From assembly GCA_963804995.1 (NCBI GenBank), contig CAWDSK010000006.1, positions 1,792,001 to 1,856,000 of the forward strand: a stretch of DNA of 64,000 bases, given 5' to 3'. The notes beneath the pieces were generated by a model, which made no database searches, was not told the origin of the DNA, and was given only the letters and a program-made list of their open reading frames with translations. Below are positions 1-10,024 of this stretch, in pieces. Position numbers and translations under genes: made by a program. The stretch comes from an uncultured Acidobacteriota bacterium (lineage in GTDB: Bacteria > Acidobacteriota > Terriglobia > UBA7540). Within the stretch, counting starts at the first letter, position 1. Every line of letters starts with the position of its first letter.

Positions 1-33
1 TCTGTAGTGAATCTTATCTTCGCGCCCCCCGCA

Positions 34-591
34 CTACAAATTCTTTTTCAGATGTTCCAGCGCCTGCTCGGGCGTATTAAACAGCGTGACGATCTCCATG
101 GCCGGCGCGAGCCACTCGGGGTCCAGGCCGTTAAGCTGTCCCTCCTGTTTCAGACAGTCGATAACGGGCTGCCAGTACGGCGCCCTCACCAGAACCGGTT
201 TTCGCCCGCCCACGGTTTCGGAGAGTGCCCCCTTATTCATCATTTCCCAGACCAGCGCAAGTTCAGCAAGCGTTCCGGTACCGCCTGGAAGAACAATGTA
301 GGCGTCCCCGCGCTCGATGAGCGTCATCAACCGCTCGCTAAAGGTTTGAGTGCGGATTTCTTCGACGATGTAAGGGTTGGCGGCGCGCGGCCAGAGGACG
401 CAGGTGATGCCGATCGTGTGTCCGGCAACTTCGCGCGCCCCCCGCGCCGACGCTTCCATCAAGCCTCGATAGCCACCATTGCAAACCGCATAGCCGGCTT
501 CGGCCAGCAGGCGGCCCAGGAGTTGCGCCTCAATGTAAGCCGCACTGCCCTCAGTGGGCTGCGAGCTTCCGAATACCGTGATGGTTTTCAT
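34..591 (-). CDS. LOG family (lysine decarboxylase-like) nucleotide-binding protein
   Basis: ITVFGSS, NGGYRGLMEA and PGGTGTLAEL (PGGxGTxxE) motifs; start taken at MKTITVF. Confidence 0.88.
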   Translation of the reverse strand: MKTITVFGSSQPTEGSAAYIEAQLLGRLLAEAGYAVCNGGYRGLMEASARGAREVAGHTIGITCVLWPRAANPYIVEEIRTQTFSERLMTLIERGDAYIVLPGGTGTLAELALVWEMMNKGALSETVGGRKPVLVRAPYWQPVIDCLKQEGQLNGLDPEWLAPAMEIVTLFNTPEQALEHLKKNL

Positions 592-701
592 GATGTCATT
601 CTCTCGTCGGCGGCGCAAAACATCTATTCTAGCCATGATATTTGACCGGAGTATTACAAATGAATTTTTATGCGTTCTTCATCGCCTGTTTGGATGTGAG
701 A

Positions 702-1024
702 GTAATTATCCTCCGGCAAAGCCGGAGGCTTTACGGTGGCTGGACCCTCAAAGGGGCCTGACCGCCACCGTCGGGAAAAGACCCCTCACCCGACCTCGTC
801 CCTCGGCCACCCTCTCCCCAAGGGAGAGGGAAAGGGTTTCACCACGCGGTAGCGCCCCCAGAGAAACCCCCGCCCTCTCCCCGGGGAGAGGGTGGACCGC
901 CGCCGGCGTTTTCATCAGCCGGGGCGGGACGGGTGAGGGGTCTTTTCCCGGCCAACGAACCGTTACTCCAGAAGATGTCAAACTCTTACTGCCTCACCGG
1001 CAGAGCCGGGGGATCTCCCGACGA
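702..1024 (-). mobile_element. Non-autonomous IS200/IS605-like element (both hairpin ends, no tnpA) carrying a REP doublet
   Basis: Subterminal hairpins CCTCCGGCaaaGCCGGAGG (710-728) and CCGGCagaGCCGG (997-1009) resemble IS200 ends; the interior (~782-941) is a CCCCTCACCC REP pair. Confidence 0.65.
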
Positions 1025-1107
1025 ATTAGCACGAGCACACGGATGTGGGTGGGGAGCCGGTCGACGTCCCTCTCGACCGACGCCCGATATCTAATCTCCC
1101 AGCTCAT
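1021..1107 (-). pseudogene. Truncated RelE/ParE-like toxin N-terminus
   Basis: ATG at 1107 gives MSWEIRYRASVERDVDRLPTHIRVLVL; overlaps the end of the upstream ORF; cut off at the IS200-like end. Confidence 0.55.
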
Positions 1108-1366
1108 GCTTGTATTTTTTCAACAGTTTAGTAATCGGTTGGACGGGCTCATGCTTGCGGGAATCGCATATCAGATTCAGCGCTTCATCTTCGCTTAGCG
1201 GGCGTCTTTCGTACGGGATTCTTGCACGTTCCATGATTGCGGTGACGCCGGGTGCATTGCGCAGTGATACCAAGCGCGGAAGAGGAGAGAGGTGCTCATC
1301 CACCTGGCCTACGGGATTCTTCATGAGAGGCCGTTTTGTGGCTGCGTTGTTGCGCCGCTTTCTCAT
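1091..1366 (-). CDS. Small hypothetical protein, putative antitoxin
   Basis: 91-aa ORF overlapping the RelE-like remnant. Confidence 0.5.
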   Translation of the reverse strand: MRKRRNNAATKRPLMKNPVGQVDEHLSPLPRLVSLRNAPGVTAIMERARIPYERRPLSEDEALNLICDSRKHEPVQPITKLLKKYKHELGD

Positions 1367-1448
1367 ATCTACAAGTGTTCCCCACCAGGGAAGTGATGGC
1401 CAGAAAAACCGCGAATTTCAGGAACAGAGGTCTGCGATACCTGCCTTC

Positions 1449-1661
1449 CTAGTGTGGTGTCCCGTGTTAGAGTTGACAATGGGTAGAACCCCCTCACCCG
1501 TCTGGCATCGGCTGATGAGAACGCCTCGGCCAGCCACCCTCTCCCCCAAAGGGGCGAGGGCAAGAAAATTAACTCTCCCCTCGCCCCCTTGGGGGAGAGG
1601 GGCTGGGGGGGGTGAGGGGGTCGGACAGCCTTGTCAAATAGTAACCGGGACACCACACTAG
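1449..1661. mobile_element. CTAG-flanked MITE type A (IS630-like ends) with REP doublet cargo
   Basis: CTAGTGTGGTGTCCCG ... CGGGACACCACACTAG; interior has two inverted CCCCTCACCC REPs. Confidence 0.85.
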
Positions 1662-1678
1662 AGACCTCGGAATTCGGC

Positions 1679-3311
1679 CTATCTTCCTCGTCTTGCGAAC
1701 CACTTGTAAATCTCCAGAGCAATCGCATCGAGCGTCGCCGCTCCCGTCTTGTCTTTTAGGGGATGATTGTTGGCGAGAATCGAAAAAGCCAGGCGTTTGC
1801 CCGTAGGCAGGTCCATATAACCGGAAAGCGTATTGACGTGCTCAACCGACCCTGTCTTGGCGTGAATCTTACCCTTCACAAGGTCCGCCTCCAAATGGTG
1901 TGCCAGGGTGCCATCGACCCCTGACACCGGCAAGGACGCAAAAAAAGTCGCGAAGTGCGGCGAGTTCGCCATGTAGAGGAGCAACTTCACGACCGCGTGC
2001 GGCGCCACCAGAATCCTCACGGGAAAGGCCTGAGCCGTCGGAAAAATAGGTCTCACCTGGCAGGATGCCCACCTGCTGGGTTGTAAACGTGTTGAGCACT
2101 TCAAGCCCCACGGTCAAACTGCCGAAGTTTTTCACCACGTGGCCCAGGGTTCGCAGCAGCATCTCCGCATGCAGGTTTTGGCTCTCCTTGTTGATCGCCT
2201 TGATCGCTTCGCTGAGCGGAGGCGAATCGTGCTCCCCCAGGACCTGCCGTGCCGGAGCCTTTGCGTAGAGATCCGGCTGCGAAGCGCCCTCCAGACGCGT
2301 CCAGTGGCGGACTTCGACCGGTCCCCTCACTTCAATGCCGCGGGCCACAAGGGCGCGCCGGAAAAGTTCCCCAACCAACCGGGGAGGATCGAGGATCGCC
2401 ACCGTGTCGATGTCCTCGGCGGCATCGGCAGGAATCTGGCCCCACACGTCGAGTTGCATGGCGCCGGGCAAGCGCTCAACAAAGATGCGCTTCTCGGTTC
2501 CGGGCGCGGTGGTCTCAACGCGATTTCGCAACTGGTAATAATCGGCCACAGGCTCCAGGCTCACAGCGGCAGCGACCCCTGCCTTCTCACCCGGCTTCAC
2601 GTGCAGTGTGAGCGCATTATCATTGAAGGCCAGCGCCGTGACGGGAGCGCCGTAGCCCCACTCAAGATCATCGGCAGCCCAGTTGGGCGCGAAAGGTTCC
2701 CAAAGAAAGTAACTGTCATCGGCAACCAAGGGTCCTGAGACCTCACGCACGCCGCGCGCTTTGACCTGCTCGGCAAGGTCCTCAAGGAATTTGTCCGCCG
2801 CTTGGTGCGGTCCGTGGAACGTGTAGGGGAAGGTGCGGCTGCCGAGATTCGGATCCCCACGCCCCACCAGATAGAGATTCGCGACGCGCCCCTCGGTATC
2901 CGGTGCGGCATCGCTTTCCACGGTGGTCCGGAACACATAACCAGGGCCCAACTTTTCAAGCGCCGCGGCGGTGGTGAACATCTTCATATTCGAAGCCGGA
3001 ATGTAAAGGTGATCCGCATCGCGCTCGTAAAGCAACTTTCCACTGGGAAGTTCGACAACCTCGATCCCCCAGAAGCCGCGTCGCGCATCATTCACGCCCA
3101 GAATTTGGTCGATGCGCCGGTCCAGCGCTTGGTTCCTCGGCGCGTGGGCGGCGGTGGCGGGAAGCTTCGAACCTCCCTCACCGGCAACCCCTGACTGCAC
3201 GGCTGGCTGCGTTTGCCCCACAGTCAGCGGCGCGCGCGGCTGCACCGCCCAGGCAAAGAGCAGCACGAGCAGTGCACCAATCCGTTTCGGGTGAAGTGGG
3301 ATTTTATCCAT
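1679..3311 (-). pseudogene. dacB: D-alanyl-D-alanine carboxypeptidase/endopeptidase (PBP4, peptidase S13), frameshifted near 2012
   Basis: PASNMK (SxxK), KESQN (SxN), DGSGLSR, AKTG (KTG); one extra base splits it into ORFs 1869-3386 and 1679-2104. Confidence 0.88.
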
Positions 3312-3476
3312 CTCGGCCAAAGTGGTAGCTTGGCGTGTCCATCTAAAAAGCAGTGGATAGTGGTTAGTTCTTAGGGCACCAACCACTCAAGGCTGTTCAA
3401 ATTAGCGAGCGACCCCAGCGGCTTCGGTCGCCGCGGCGACAAAGCCTCTGGCTTTCCGGCCCGATCCGCTTGATTT

Positions 3477-3709
3477 CTAGTGTGGTGTCCCGGTTAATAT
3501 TTGACAAGGCTGTCCGACCCCCTCACCCCCCAGCCCCTCTCCCCCAAAGGGGCGAGGGGAGAGTTAATTCTCTTGCCCTCGCCCCTTTGGGGGAGAGGGT
3601 GGCTGGCCGAGGCGTTCTCATCAGCCGAGGCCAGAAGGGGGCCCCACGTTCTGCTTGTCGTGGGGGTGAGGGGGTTCTACCCCTTGTCAAATCTAACTCG
3701 GGACACTAC
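3477..3709. mobile_element. MITE type A, opposite orientation, with REP doublet and an extra inserted hairpin
   Basis: CTAGTGTGGTGTCCCGG ... CGGGACACTAC; matches the reverse complement of 1449-1661. Confidence 0.8.
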
Positions 3710-3772
3710 CTGATTTCTCTTCCTCCGCGCCCCACACCGCCTGCAATCCAAAATCAAAAATCCAAAATCAGT

Positions 3773-4744
3773 TCAGCCCAGCAGGCGGGCCACTTCTTTA
3801 GCGTAATAGGTGAGAATAATGTCGGCGCCCGCCCGGCGAATGCAGGTCAGCGCTTCCAGAATGGTGCGTTCGCGATCAATCCAGCCCTGGCGCGCCGCAG
3901 CTTCGATGAGCGAGAATTCACCACTCACCTGATAGGCGGCGATGGGAACATCAAACTCCCGCCGGGCCAGCGCAATGATATCCAGATAGGGGAGCGCGGG
4001 TTTTACCATGATGATGTCCGCGCCTTCTTCCAGGTCGAGCGCAATCTCGCGCATCGCCTCGCGCTGGTTGGCGGGGTCCATCTGATAGGATTTGCGGTCG
4101 CCGAACTTGGGGGCGGAATCCGCCGCCTCGCGGAAGGGGCCGTAAAAGGCCGAGGCGTATTTCGCCGAGTAAGCAAGAATGGGCGTTTGCGTGAACCCGT
4201 GCGCGTCCAGTTCCTGGCGAATGGCGCCCACGCGGCCATCCATCATGTCGGAGGGCGCCACGATGTCAGCGCCGGCCTCAACCTGCGTCAGGGCGGTTTT
4301 GGCGAGCAGCGGCAAGGTGGAATCATTATCGACCTCGCCGTTCTTGATAAGGCCGCAATGGCCATGGCTGGTGTATTCATCCAGGCAGACATCGCAGATA
4401 ACCATCAGGTCCGGCAACGCCTGCTTTACGGCGCGCACGGCCCGCTGCACGATGCCGTCCGGATCGTAAGCGCCGGACCCGACGTCATCCTTGCTTTCCG
4501 GAATGCCAAACAGGATCACGGCTGGGATGCCCAGAGCGTGGGCGGACTTGCATTCCTCGACAAGCCTGTCCACTGACCAGCGGTAGTTGCCCGGCATGGA
4601 TTTGATTTCGTCCCGGACGTTCGAGCCCGGGCAGACAAAGAGCGGGTAGATGAACGAGCGCACACTCAGTCGCGATTCGCGGACGAACCCGCGAAGCGCC
4701 TCCGTGCGCCGCAATCGTCGAGGTCGGTGGGTAGGGAATGGCAT
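3773..4744 (-). CDS. hemB: Porphobilinogen synthase (ALA dehydratase)
   Basis: [50 protein letters not shown]. Confidence 0.97.
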   Translation of the reverse strand: MPFPTHRPRRLRRTEALRGFVRESRLSVRSFIYPLFVCPGSNVRDEIKSMPGNYRWSVDRLVEECKSAHALGIPAVILFGIPESKDDVGSGAYDPDGIVQRAVRAVKQALPDLMVICDVCLDEYTSHGHCGLIKNGEVDNDSTLPLLAKTALTQVEAGADIVAPSDMMDGRVGAIRQELDAHGFTQTPILAYSAKYASAFYGPFREAADSAPKFGDRKSYQMDPANQREAMREIALDLEEGADIIMVKPALPYLDIIALARREFDVPIAAYQVSGEFSLIEAAARQGWIDRERTILEALTCIRRAGADIILTYYAKEVARLLG

Positions 4745-4793
4745 GGGATCGTCCTTCGTCCGTGGTCAGTTGTCAGTTGCGAGAAGTTAGGAG

Positions 4794-5035
4794 CTAGTGT
4801 CATGTAACAGAAGTTCGCTGATTATTGGAAAACCCCCTCACCCCCCAGCCCCTCTCCCCCAAAGGGGCGAGGGGAGAGTTAATTTTCTTGCCCTCGCCCC
4901 TTTGGGGGAGAGGGTGGCTGGCCGAGGCGTTCTCATCAGCCGAGGCCTGACGGGTGAGGGGGTTCTACCCCTTGTCAAATCTAACTCGGGACACCACACC
5001 AGCTTAATCAACGGACTTCTGTTACAGGACACTAG
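4794..5035. mobile_element. Chimeric MITE: type B outer TIRs enclosing type A cargo and one type A arm
   Basis: CTAGTGTCATGTAACAGAAGTTCG ... CGGACTTCTGTTACAGGACACTAG, with an internal CGGGACACCACAC at ~4987-4999. Confidence 0.8.
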
Positions 5036-5053
5036 AATAAAAGCGGCAGCCTT

Positions 5054-5176
5054 CTAGCGTAGCGTCCGGTAATTAACTGGACATCGTAGCGCCCCGATCC
5101 ATCGGGGCATTTGCCGGCAGGATGCCGGCGCTACGGCCAACACATTTGTCCAGCCATTTCCCGGACACGACACTAG
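5054..5176. mobile_element. CTAG-flanked MITE type C with GTAG-REP cargo
   Basis: Imperfect TIR CTAGCGTAGCGTCCGG...CCGGACACGACACTAG; interior GTAGCGCC...GGCGCTAC. Confidence 0.7.
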
Positions 5177-5214
5177 CCCCTCACTTCTAACTTCTGACTT
5201 CTGCCCCCGGACCC

Positions 5215-7548
5215 TCAATACAATCTTTCTCGCGGCTTCAGGTTACCGAAGGTTCCGACGTTGGCGAGCGCCAGCGCCACGCGAAACTGGCTTTCATGGC
5301 GCAGCGGTCCGAGGTCGAACTGCCGGTATTCGATATCGATTCCGAAACACCCAAAATTATAGCTGACCTGACCCACCGCCTGCTGGGCTATTCTCTGCGT
5401 AAAATTGTAGTCAAGCCCGAATGCGCCGCTGAAGCCTTTGCGGTTCACGTCACCATAGGTCAGAACGTTGCGCAGCAGGTGGAAAGAGGGCAACTCCGAC
5501 ACGGGAATATTAGGCGCAACCGGAATGTTCAAGGAGGCCGTGCGATTGATGAAGAAGTCCGTGAAGGCGAGCCCAAACAACCCCCGTTTAATGTGGGAAG
5601 TGATACCGGCATTGAGAATACCTCCGCCGCCGGTGGGGCTCATGTCAGTGCGGAGTTCCGTATCGTAGTTCGAGAAGGGGGCGAACTTGAGAACCGACTC
5701 CACGGGAGAGAGCCGCTGCCCATGCGCAAACGCAAATCCCGTAAGCGAAATCGTGGAATCGAAGACGTTGTTCTGGCCCGGCACCAAGGCGCCGCCAAAG
5801 GTCGGGTCGAAATAGTACTTCTCAGACAAACGCCAGGAGAAGATTTCACGCGCCTGGGGCGGATTGGGTGTCCCGTCTGGCGCCTCCTGGCGCGCGAAAA
5901 TCGTATTGGTCAACGAGTATTCAATCTCATTGGTCTGCGTAAAGATATCCAACTGATCGAAGCGCACGATGTCGAGGATGTCTGCGGGGTCGTGGGCGCG
6001 CACCAAATGGTATTGGATATCGGGCTCAATCACGTGCTTCAAACGCCGCCCCTTGATGGGTTTGGTGAAGACCCTCTCCAAGGAAGGCGGCCGCAAGTCG
6101 AACCCCAGTTCCCCCAGCAGGCGATTGATGGGTGCATGGTTTAGCCCGAGGCTGGTGCCATATTGCGTGGCCTGAAACCCTAACAGGGGAGTGAAATGAA
6201 AATGCCAGAACTCCTTCGGCCGCAGCAGGAGTTGGGGGTGAATATACAGGCGGTCGCTCAGAAACGGGAGCATCAACCCCGGCTCCGTGCGGCCCACGGC
6301 GTCCGCCTGGGCATCAAAGGAGAAGTAGAGTGGCGAGTTGCCGATTTGCTTGTCCTCTCCCGAAAGCTCCACGCTGGGGGCATGGCGAATGATGACGGCG
6401 TTCCCCGGCACTATTTCCGTGGAAAGAAAATTCTCATAACGTTCGGCCGAAATATTCAAGCTGTACGCATCGAAATTCTTACTCACGAATCCGGACAACA
6501 CAGCTTCGGAACTGACGGCTTCCGTAAAATTCGACGACCACGTCAAGCGGAAGGCCATGGTGTTGACGTAATCAACGTTTAGTGCGCCCCTGAACCCGCC
6601 GCCCAGGTCGTCGTCTTTGCCCACCGCATGCAGACTTTCGCCGGGGGCACGCAGGGTCGCGTTACTATCCTTATCGTTGACGCCGAAGTACTGAACATTC
6701 AGGCTGCTGTCCTGGGTGGGCCGCGCGCGAAATTCTCCTCGTTCGGCGACTCCCCGCTTGCTGTAATCCTCCAAGCCGAACATCAAATCCGTGCTGGGAT
6801 TAATGGCCCAGAAAAACCCCTCGCCGATAATGTAGCCTTTCTGGGAGGAATTCCCGACATGCGGAAGCAGGAACCCGGTCTGGCGAGGCTCCTTGGCTAT
6901 GGACTCCATCAGGAAGGGAAAGTAGAAGAAAGGGATGCCCAGCAGGCGGAAGAGGGCGCCGTGCGCGACCAGCTTATCATCGACGGTGACGCGGGCCTGT
7001 TGTGCGGAAAGTGACCATCCCTTCTTCTCACAATCGCAAGAGGTCAGGCGGGCATGATTCACCACGTAGGTGTCTTCGTCCAGGCGGTCCACGGTCGAGC
7101 CCGAAATATAGAAAGGGTTCTCCGACCGCAGAACCCGCGGCCGGGGCTGCCCTCGGGGGTGGACAAACCCCGTTCCGTTGCTGAACCAACCCTTTTGGGT
7201 TCGGACGTTGTAGTGGACCTCCTCAGCATTCAGATGGCTCTTGGGGTCGTCAAAGACCACGTGGCCACGGGCCATCACCTCACCGGAACTCAGGTCGTAG
7301 GAAGCCTCATCGGCATGCACCTGCATGTCCTCATATACGATTTCAACGTGACCGCGCAGGTGGTAGGTATCCTTATCCTTCTGTTGCGTGTCGGCACGGA
7401 TGCTGACCTCTTTTCCGGAAGCCCGAAGGTCCGGCGGAGAGGAGATTTGCTGTGCGGATGCCGTCGCCACCAGAAATGAAATGAGCAGGACGGCGGCCGT
7501 GAACCGCCAGCCGCCACGTTTTGGAATCGAATCAAGAAGAAGATGCAT
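5215..7548 (-). CDS. lptD: LPS assembly protein LptD
   Basis: Signal peptide, OstA-like N-domain, RQTGFLLP, KHVIEP, beta-barrel C-domain. Confidence 0.9.
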   Translation of the reverse strand: MHLLLDSIPKRGGWRFTAAVLLISFLVATASAQQISSPPDLRASGKEVSIRADTQQKDKDTYHLRGHVEIVYEDMQVHADEASYDLSSGEVMARGHVVFDDPKSHLNAEEVHYNVRTQKGWFSNGTGFVHPRGQPRPRVLRSENPFYISGSTVDRLDEDTYVVNHARLTSCDCEKKGWSLSAQQARVTVDDKLVAHGALFRLLGIPFFYFPFLMESIAKEPRQTGFLLPHVGNSSQKGYIIGEGFFWAINPSTDLMFGLEDYSKRGVAERGEFRARPTQDSSLNVQYFGVNDKDSNATLRAPGESLHAVGKDDDLGGGFRGALNVDYVNTMAFRLTWSSNFTEAVSSEAVLSGFVSKNFDAYSLNISAERYENFLSTEIVPGNAVIIRHAPSVELSGEDKQIGNSPLYFSFDAQADAVGRTEPGLMLPFLSDRLYIHPQLLLRPKEFWHFHFTPLLGFQATQYGTSLGLNHAPINRLLGELGFDLRPPSLERVFTKPIKGRRLKHVIEPDIQYHLVRAHDPADILDIVRFDQLDIFTQTNEIEYSLTNTIFARQEAPDGTPNPPQAREIFSWRLSEKYYFDPTFGGALVPGQNNVFDSTISLTGFAFAHGQRLSPVESVLKFAPFSNYDTELRTDMSPTGGGGILNAGITSHIKRGLFGLAFTDFFINRTASLNIPVAPNIPVSELPSFHLLRNVLTYGDVNRKGFSGAFGLDYNFTQRIAQQAVGQVSYNFGCFGIDIEYRQFDLGPLRHESQFRVALALANVGTFGNLKPRERLY

Positions 7549-7659
7549 GAGCGCGCCGAAGAACGGCCATTTTACTCGAAAGGGCTTTGTTCTTCCGAAT
7601 GAATTTGCTAAGATGCCCGGAAGAGCAGCAAATGCTGCCCGGAGGATTTAACACTAGCA

Positions 7660-8889
7660 GTGAAGTGCCCCAAATGTGGATTTGTCAGCTACGCTGGGCT
7701 GCCACAGTGTAAGAGGTGTGGCTACAAGTACGTGAAGGCTCCCCCCAAGGGGTCTCCCTCCCTCGCGACTTCTCCAGTTACTTCTTTATTCCCGGAAGGA
7801 ACCCACCCGCTCCTTTCCTCTTCGCCACCGCCAACCCCGAAACCTGCGGAAGATCCGATCCCGGTGAAGCCGGAGTTTTCGGCTCCAGACGCTTCTTTGC
7901 CCAGGCCCGCGCCGGGATCTGTGCCCGTTTTGAGTGCGCCTGTAACTGACCGCTCTCAGGTTAACGAAGCCGTCGAAGACTGGAGAGAAATGCGCGCCAC
8001 GGTGGTCCCCGTACCGTCTTCCGAGGATACCGATCCCGGCTGGAGAGAAGAACTCTCAAAACGTGTTGAGACATTCCGCAGGCGGCGAGCCCGCTTGCAC
8101 CCGTCCGAGGATTCCGCCGGGAATCTCCAAATGGAATTCGAAAACGTGGGCGAGGCTGACGATCCTTTCCTCCTCGATGAGGCGGCGACAGGCAACGAAA
8201 GAAGTGGGCACGGCTTCGATCTGGACCTTGGGGATCACGACGAAGCGCGCCTCGAGACGGGGAAGAATCTTGAGACCATCCCCTTCCAGAAAGCGAGTGA
8301 AGACGGGATGCAGTTTGAACCGGCGCCCGCACCCGGCGAGGACATGTCGTGGGAAGTGAGCGCCCCGGAAGGCAGGCCGATGGAGATTGTGGTGGGTCTG
8401 CCGGATGAACCTCTGATGGGCAGTGAACAGGAAGCGGAAACGATTACTTTGGCGCCGGTGGGTCATCGCTTCCTGGCGGGCTTGACCGATGCCTTGGTGC
8501 TGGTTCTCAGTGCCGTCGTATTTGGGGGCATTTTTTGGCGCTCCGGTGGTCACATGTCGCCCAATCCCATCAACCTGGGGGTGGCGGGAGCAATCGTTAT
8601 CATCCTCATTTTCTCCTACTTCGGATTGTTCACTGCGCTCACATCCACTACGCCCGGATTGCTGTGGATGGGTTATGAAATCCGTAACCTGCACGGGGAC
8701 CGTCCAACCCTGCGCGAATCTTGCTGGCGCGCCTTCGGCGTACTGGTTTCGCTTTCGGCGCTGATGTTGGGCTTCATCTGGGCCTGGGTGGACAGCGAGA
8801 GCCTGACTTGGCACGACAGAATGTCAGGCACGTTCATCTCCGTGGCACCGAGCGGGCATGGGACTCCGCACACGGAAAGAGACATTTAG
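7660..8889 (+). CDS. RDD family membrane protein with N-terminal zinc ribbon
   Basis: CPKC..CKRC; RFLAGLTD, TPG, WHDRMSGT. Confidence 0.85.
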   Translation: MKCPKCGFVSYAGLPQCKRCGYKYVKAPPKGSPSLATSPVTSLFPEGTHPLLSSSPPPTPKPAEDPIPVKPEFSAPDASLPRPAPGSVPVLSAPVTDRSQVNEAVEDWREMRATVVPVPSSEDTDPGWREELSKRVETFRRRRARLHPSEDSAGNLQMEFENVGEADDPFLLDEAATGNERSGHGFDLDLGDHDEARLETGKNLETIPFQKASEDGMQFEPAPAPGEDMSWEVSAPEGRPMEIVVGLPDEPLMGSEQEAETITLAPVGHRFLAGLTDALVLVLSAVVFGGIFWRSGGHMSPNPINLGVAGAIVIILIFSYFGLFTALTSTTPGLLWMGYEIRNLHGDRPTLRESCWRAFGVLVSLSALMLGFIWAWVDSESLTWHDRMSGTFISVAPSGHGTPHTERDI

Positions 8890-8966
8890 TCCATCTTCCT
8901 TCCCCGTGCTCGGATATGCCCCTATAGCCCCATTTAGGGTTTATTATGGGTTTAGTCAGGTTTGTA

Positions 8967-8979
8967 AATCAAAAACTTG
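8967..8979 (+). promoter_or_regulatory. IHF-consensus site
   Basis: AATCAAAAACTTG matches WATCAANNNNTTR. Confidence 0.35.
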
Positions 8980-9229
8980 GCAAGCGCATGAGCCGCAAGT
9001 TCGAATTGCTCCGCTCCGAACTTGCCGGTCGCATCAAACCGCAGGCGACGAACACCGTGGACTTCAAACTCCCCAAGAAGGGGCCCTCCCGCGAGAGAAA
9101 ACCTCCCACCCCGTAAGACCTTCACCGGCACGATTGCCTTGGCCATCAAATGGTATAATGAAGGAACTTCGTCGCCAGATGTGCGAAGAAGGCCGCTCAG
9201 GGAACCTGCAAAACGACAGAGGAGGATTC

Positions 9230-9820
9230 ATGAAGTTTCGGTTCGTGCTCACCCTTATCTCGATGGCGGCGTTGGCAGCAACCGCTTCCGCTCAATCGGA
9301 CGCCTGGCAGCTTGACCCCAACCATACCGCCGCGCAATTCTCTGTGCGCCATATGGGCATTTCCACAGTGCGTGGCGCATTTACGAAAGTGACCGGAACG
9401 GTTCAATACAATCCCGCCGACCTGCCCAAGACTACCATCGACGTGTCGATTGATGCCGCTTCCGTAGACACTCGCGTGGAGATGCGTGATAAGGACATCC
9501 GGAGCCCGAAGTTTTTGGACGTGGAGAAGTATCCGACGATTACCTTCAAATCCAAGCGCGTCGAAGCAGCGAGTGGGGGCAAGCTGAAGGTTACGGGCGA
9601 CCTCACCCTGCACGGCGTCACCAAAGAGGTCGTGCTGGATGTGGATGCCCCCACAGGCCCCATCAAGGACCCGCGCGGGATTCAGCACCTGGGCACTTCA
9701 GCGACCACCCAGATCAACCGGCAGGATTTTGGAGTGAGTGGCGTTCCCTCCGCCATCGTCGCAGATGACATTGGTATTACGCTTGACGTGGAGTTGAAGC
9801 AGGCTGCCGCTACCCCGTAA
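9230..9820 (+). CDS. yceI: YceI family protein
   Basis: WQLDPNHTAAQFSVRHMG, GDLTLHGVTK, INRQDFG; GGAGG SD before ATG 9230. Confidence 0.92.
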   Translation: MKFRFVLTLISMAALAATASAQSDAWQLDPNHTAAQFSVRHMGISTVRGAFTKVTGTVQYNPADLPKTTIDVSIDAASVDTRVEMRDKDIRSPKFLDVEKYPTITFKSKRVEAASGGKLKVTGDLTLHGVTKEVVLDVDAPTGPIKDPRGIQHLGTSATTQINRQDFGVSGVPSAIVADDIGITLDVELKQAAATP

Positions 9821-10024
9821 GTTCCCATGTCATTGAAAATAGCTCGCCCCTTCAGGGCTGGTTCTGGCAATCTGTGCCGCAACCACCCCCTGGCCCCTCC
9901 TTTTAAGGATGGGAATTATTTAACCGAAGAAGCCCCGCGCGCCCCCTGTGCATCCAAACAGAGGGCATGTTATAATTCTAGGCACCGGGGCCACGGAAGC
10001 CCGAGCAAAAGGAGCACTCCCAGC

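Noticed and set aside
554..1728. ORFs containing PLSPKGARG / LAPLGERVA peptides (also near 3470, 4797, 11311, 50797, 62995)
   Set aside because: They are translations of the GC-rich REP/MITE sequence, not genes
4352..4393. HemB metal site CLD instead of CLC
   Set aside because: Cys/Asp variation is known among porphobilinogen synthases
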